DNA of 64,000 bases from an uncultured Pseudomonadota bacterium. GTDB taxonomy: Bacteria; Pseudomonadota; Alphaproteobacteria; Rs-D84; CACZYB01. The stretch's first letter is position 1; each line of letters begins with the position of its first letter. Of this stretch, positions 59,913 through 64,000 are shown one piece after another. The stretch is taken from positions 32,001 to 96,000 of the forward strand of contig CACZYB010000003.1 in the NCBI GenBank assembly GCA_902785275.1, given 5' to 3'. The position numbers and the translations under genes are program-made. The notes beneath the pieces were generated by a model. That model was not told the DNA's origin, did not search any database, and worked only from the letters and a program-made list of their open reading frames with translations.

Positions 59913-60728
59913 CTATATGTCAACCTTTTGAATAACAATATTTTCATCATCAAATATTGTTTTTGCCTGTTCTATATATGATGCATTTATGTCGGTAACT
60001 TCAAATAAATATTTTGAATCCTTTGATAAATCCTTTTCAATTTCCGGATGACGAGATAGATAATTTTTAAGGGAGTTTGGAATAAACTCATCCTGTGAAA
60101 TTATATCAATCTTTCGACCCAAAATCTTTTGTGCAGATTTTGCGATTTGATTTTTATAATGAGGATAATGGGTGCAACCCAAAATAATTGCTTCTATATC
60201 CTTATCAATAAATTTTTTTACATAAGAATCTATGATTGGTTCTGCAAATTCGTCAGCATTATTTTCAACCAATGGGACAAGAAGTGGTGCAGGATAAGAA
60301 TATAATTTTATTTCTGGTTTAAGTTTTCTTAATTCAATACCATAGACATCTGAATTCACAGTTCCCTGTGTTGCAAGAAGACCAACAGAATTATATTTTT
60401 TTGCGATAACTTCTTCTACGGTTGGGATTACAACACCTAAGATACGTCTATCTGGATAATTTTCTTTAAGATATGTTTGCTGTAATGTACGCAATGTTGC
60501 AAACGTTGCAGTATTGCATGCAATTATAATTAATTTACAATCTCTTTTTTCAAATAAATATTCAATGCAATTTTTTGTGAATTCGTAAATTGCGTCTTTT
60601 GATCTGGAACCATAAGGCACATGCAAAGTATCACCAAGGTAACAAAAATTATACTCTGGCATTAAAGATATTAATGACTTTGTTATCAAAAGGCCACCAA
60701 GACCACTGTCAAATGTTCCGATATTCAT
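59913..60728 (-). CDS. murI: Glutamate racemase
   Basis: FDSGLGGL, PYGSR, IACNTA, LGCTHYP. Confidence 0.96.
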   Translation of the reverse strand: MNIGTFDSGLGGLLITKSLISLMPEYNFCYLGDTLHVPYGSRSKDAIYEFTKNCIEYLFEKRDCKLIIIACNTATFATLRTLQQTYLKENYPDRRILGVVIPTVEEVIAKKYNSVGLLATQGTVNSDVYGIELRKLKPEIKLYSYPAPLLVPLVENNADEFAEPIIDSYVKKFIDKDIEAIILGCTHYPHYKNQIAKSAQKILGRKIDIISQDEFIPNSLKNYLSRHPEIEKDLSKDSKYLFEVTDINASYIEQAKTIFDDENIVIQKVDI

Positions 60729-60778
60729 TTGAAAATTCCGTAAGGTTTGAAAGGGGGAATTTAATCCCCCTTTTTTAA

Positions 60779-62893
60779 TTATTTGTTCAAAGCTTGTTTA
60801 ATAGAAAGTCTTGTTTTTCCATCTTTGATTTCGGTTACCATAACACGAACCTTATCTCCGATAGCAAGAACATCTTCTATTTTTTTAACTTTCTTTTCTT
60901 GGATTTCTGAAATATGAACCATACCTTCGTTTGAACCGTTCATAATAGAAACTACGGCACCGAAATCCATAAGTTTGATAACTTCACCTTCATAGATTTT
61001 ACCAACTTCTGGATCAGCACAAATTTCAAGAACCATTTGTTTTGCTTGATCAATTTCATCTCTATCAAGACCTGCGATTTTTACAAGACCTGAATCATCG
61101 ATTTCAATCTTTGTATTTGTTTTTTCACAAATACCACGAATAACAACACCACCTGTTCCAATTACAGAGCGAATCTTTTTTGGATTGATTTGCATTTCGA
61201 AAATTGTTGGAGCATATGGAGAAAGTTCCTTTCTTGGAGCTTTGATTGCTTCGGCCATTTTACCAAGGATATGATTTCTTCCTTCATGTGCTTGAGCCAA
61301 AGCTTGCTTCATAATTTCAAATGTAATGGATGTAATTTTAATATCCATTTGAAGAGCAGTAATACCATCTTTTGTACCTGCAACTTTGAAATCCATATCA
61401 CCAAGATGATCTTCATCACCCATAATATCTGTAAGAATTGCGAATTGTTCGCCTTCTTTAATCAAGCCCATAGCGATACCAGCAACAGGAGCCTTTACAG
61501 GGATACCAGCATCCATCATAGCCAAACTTGCACCACAAGTTGTTGCCATTGAAGAAGAACCGTTTGATTCTGTAATATCAGATACTACACGGATTGTGTA
61601 TGGGAATTCTTCGTATGTTGGAAGCATTGCGTGATTTGCTCTCCATGCAAGTTTACCATGACCAATTTCACGACGACCTGGTGTGCCAAGCTTTCCACAT
61701 TCACCAACAGAGAATGGTGGGAAGTTATAGTGAAGCATAAATCTTTCACCATGTACACCATTTAAATCATCTTCTAATTGTTCATCATCTTTTACACCGA
61801 TTGTTGCAGAAACCAAAGCCTGTGTTTCACCACGTGTGAAAAGTGCAGAACCGTGGTTACGGCCAAGGATACCAACTTCACATTCGATTGGACGAACAGT
61901 TTTTGTATCACGACCATCAATACGAGGTTCACCACGTAAAATTGCACCACGCATTGTTTCAGCTTCTATATCACTGAAAACATAAGGTGCAACACGAAGA
62001 GAAACTTCATCATCTTCGGCAATAGTTGCAAATGCACGCTCCTTTATATCTGCCAAAGCATCTTGTCTTTCAAGTTTTGCTTTTATCTTATATGCCTTTG
62101 CAATTTCTTCACCAAATTCAGAAACGAATCTTTCTTTTAATACTGCATATTCAGGAACCTGTGCAGGGATTTCCCAGTCAGGATTACCAACTTCTGCTTT
62201 CATTTCTTTGATAAGTTTGATGATTGGTTGGAATGATTTGAAACCTGTTTCAACAGCAGAAAGCATTGTTTCTTCGGAAAGTTCATTTGCTTCGGATTCA
62301 ACCATCAAAACACCTTCGTCTGTACCAGCAACAACTAAATCAAGCTTTGTATTTTCAAGTTCTTGTCTTGTTGGGTTAACGATGAATTTATCATTAACGT
62401 ATGCAACACGAGCAGCACCGATAGGACCCATAAATGGAATACCTGAAATTGTTAATGCAGCACTTGATGCAATCATAGCAAGTATGTCAGGAGAATTGCA
62501 TTTATCATAGTTAAATACTGTTGCGATAACCTGAACTTCGTTTTTGAATGTTTCTGGAAACAATGGTCTTATTGGTCTATCGATAAGACGAGAAACCAAT
62601 GTTTCGTGAACACTTGGACGACCTTCACGGCGATTGAATGAGCCAGGAATCTTTCCAGCAGATGCAAATTTTTCCTGATAATTTACTGTTAATGGGAAGA
62701 AATCTTGACCTTCTTTTGCTTCCTTTGCAGCAACAACAGTTGCCAAAACAACAGTTTCACCATATGTTGCAAATACTGCACCTGTTGCTTGTCTTGCAAT
62801 TTTACCTGTTTGAAGAACAAGTTTTTTACCTTCCCACATTATTTCTTTTTCAACTATGTTAAACATAGATTTCTTTTTTCCTAATCCAAACAT
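60779..62893 (-). CDS. pnp: Polyribonucleotide nucleotidyltransferase
   Basis: [55 protein letters not shown] and S1 domains. Confidence 0.98.
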   Translation of the reverse strand: MFGLGKKKSMFNIVEKEIMWEGKKLVLQTGKIARQATGAVFATYGETVVLATVVAAKEAKEGQDFFPLTVNYQEKFASAGKIPGSFNRREGRPSVHETLVSRLIDRPIRPLFPETFKNEVQVIATVFNYDKCNSPDILAMIASSAALTISGIPFMGPIGAARVAYVNDKFIVNPTRQELENTKLDLVVAGTDEGVLMVESEANELSEETMLSAVETGFKSFQPIIKLIKEMKAEVGNPDWEIPAQVPEYAVLKERFVSEFGEEIAKAYKIKAKLERQDALADIKERAFATIAEDDEVSLRVAPYVFSDIEAETMRGAILRGEPRIDGRDTKTVRPIECEVGILGRNHGSALFTRGETQALVSATIGVKDDEQLEDDLNGVHGERFMLHYNFPPFSVGECGKLGTPGRREIGHGKLAWRANHAMLPTYEEFPYTIRVVSDITESNGSSSMATTCGASLAMMDAGIPVKAPVAGIAMGLIKEGEQFAILTDIMGDEDHLGDMDFKVAGTKDGITALQMDIKITSITFEIMKQALAQAHEGRNHILGKMAEAIKAPRKELSPYAPTIFEMQINPKKIRSVIGTGGVVIRGICEKTNTKIEIDDSGLVKIAGLDRDEIDQAKQMVLEICADPEVGKIYEGEVIKLMDFGAVVSIMNGSNEGMVHISEIQEKKVKKIEDVLAIGDKVRVMVTEIKDGKTRLSIKQALNK

Positions 62894-62925
62894 TTTTTAT
62901 CCTTTCGTTTGTTTGTTAGTAATCA

Positions 62926-63026
62926 GAAAAGAGAAAGGAAAGATGACTTTGAAAAGTCAGAAAATACAATCCAAGTAAGATATTATCCGCATTGGACTCT
63001 ATATTCTGACTTACCTTACCCTTTTC
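62926..63026 (-). promoter_or_regulatory. Long imperfect hairpin in the pnp 5' leader (putative RNase III site)
   Basis: Nested arms gaaaagagaaagg/ccttacccttttc, aagtcagaa/ttctgactt, tccaa/ttgga. Confidence 0.6.
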
Positions 63027-63084
63027 CATATTCACAATGTTACCATAAAATCGGACAAAAGGGAAGAAAATCTTCCCTCCCATC

Positions 63085-63354
63085 CTATCTTATATGTACA
63101 GTTTCGCTTGTATAATTATCAAAAAATTCCTTATACAAAGCAATGTCACTTAAGGTTTTCTTTCTGGCATTACATTTTGCCCAATATGCAGTACGATTAT
63201 ATCCCTTTACAATTTCAGCATGAGGACATTCTTTCATATTTGCAGGACAAGAATCTCCCTTTTCGCATTTACCAGAAATGCAAGGAGGTATTTGCCAAAC
63301 TTTACCTGTTTCAATAGCTTTTCTTGCGTAAACAGGAACCTTTGAATGTGACAT
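63085..63354 (-). CDS. Small Cys-rich hypothetical protein (89 aa) between rpsO and pnp
   Basis: ATG 1 nt after the rpsO stop. C-x4-C-x5-C-x6-C-x-H cluster. Followed by hairpin gggaaga/tcttccc. Confidence 0.6.
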   Translation of the reverse strand: MSHSKVPVYARKAIETGKVWQIPPCISGKCEKGDSCPANMKECPHAEIVKGYNRTAYWAKCNARKKTLSDIALYKEFFDNYTSETVHIR

Positions 63355-63355
63355 A

Positions 63356-63625
63356 TTATTTTCTTAAACCTAACTTTTTAATAATTTCTTCGTATGATTT
63401 TGGATTTGTTCTTTTAAGGTAAGCAAGCAAAGTTTTTCTGTTGTTTACCATTTTCATCATACCAACTTTTGAAGCATTATCTTTTTTGTTTGTTTTAAAG
63501 TGTTCAGTTAAGTTATTGATTCTTTCAGTAAGAATTGCGATTTGAACTTCTGATGAACCAGTATCTTTTTCTGAAGTTTTAAAATCTTTTATTAAAGCTT
63601 GTTTCTTTTCTTTTGTAATTGACAT
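63356..63625 (-). CDS. rpsO: 30S ribosomal protein S15
   Basis: [22 protein letters not shown]...LLAYLK...LGLRK. Confidence 0.97.
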   Translation of the reverse strand: MSITKEKKQALIKDFKTSEKDTGSSEVQIAILTERINNLTEHFKTNKKDNASKVGMMKMVNNRKTLLAYLKRTNPKSYEEIIKKLGLRK

Positions 63626-63642
63626 TTTATAATCCTTTCTTT

Positions 63643-64000
63643 TTACAAGTTAAAAACACGGACAGTTTTTAAAAAACCATCTTCTAATTTAATAACTGCT
63701 GAAAGTTTGGAGTTTGATATTACTTTGTACAAAGAATCGGAGTTTAGATTATCAAAACCAATAGGTTTTATCCATTGTCCATTTCTTAACTTTTCATTTT
63801 GCCCTTCGTTTATATCCAAAGCCAAGATGTCGTTCAGCCCAAAGGATACAGGAAGCAAAATATCGCTATCAAAATTCCGTACATCCAACGATTGTTCGCT
63901 ATTTTGCAATATTTTTTCCAGTTTGTCAAGAGTTATTGCATTTTCCAAATTAAATGGACCGTTTGCAATACGCCTTAAATAAGAAACGTACCCAGCGGAA
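63643..64000 (-). CDS. truB: tRNA pseudouridine(55) synthase TruB, C-terminal part (truncated by window edge)
   Basis: Frame is open to the edge: [16 protein letters not shown]...LRNGQ...VRVFNL. Upstream of rpsO. Confidence 0.88.
   Translation of the reverse strand, partial: SAGYVSYLRRIANGPFNLENAITLDKLEKILQNSEQSLDVRNFDSDILLPVSFGLNDILALDINEGQNEKLRNGQWIKPIGFDNLNSDSLYKVISNSKLSAVIKLEDGFLKTVRVFNL

Noticed and set aside
62909-63317. Plus-strand ORFs of 68 and 69 aa between pnp and rpsO
   Set aside because: They are antisense to the operon, have weak starts, and overlap the leader hairpin and the better-supported minus-strand ORF.
1-64000. CRISPR array, IS/transposase, integrase or prophage
   Set aside because: No regularly spaced direct repeats and no recombinase, transposase or phage structural motifs were seen.
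1-64000. Alternative genetic code or programmed frameshifts
   Set aside because: All recognised genes are full length in code 11, and TGA serves as a normal stop (malQ).

Overview
Low-GC bacterial chromosome segment in the standard code 11. Marker genes (MipZ, GapR/DUF2312, AddB, type-B L36, rseP-bamA-skp-lpxD-fabZ, tilS-ftsH, truB-rpsO-pnp) point to an alphaproteobacterium, probably an uncultured small-genome host/gut-associated lineage (inference). Most of the window is housekeeping: Lon, LolCD, envelope biogenesis, glycolysis, dispersed alpha-glucan genes (glgX, glgB, malQ, maltokinase) and three tRNAs. No CRISPR array, transposase or integrase was seen. Five features stand out. (1) Just 3' of tRNA-Gly, a 26-bp imperfect inverted repeat (4842-4867/4943-4968) brackets a consensus sigma70 promoter pointing away from an AT-rich two-gene outer-membrane-protein cassette, which looks like an invertible promoter in the OFF state. 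(2) A divergent lipoprotein secretin sits directly upstream of lolCD and downstream of a double-HTH regulator and two proteins sharing an unrecognised domain. (3) Four Cys-rich secreted proteins form a dispersed family, two with Gly/Ala/Thr-rich hydrophobic hairpins. (4) One membrane protein looks like an H+/Na+-pyrophosphatase stripped of its catalytic loops. (5) There are unannotated small genes and RNA structures. All homology calls come from motif recognition by eye, not from database searches.
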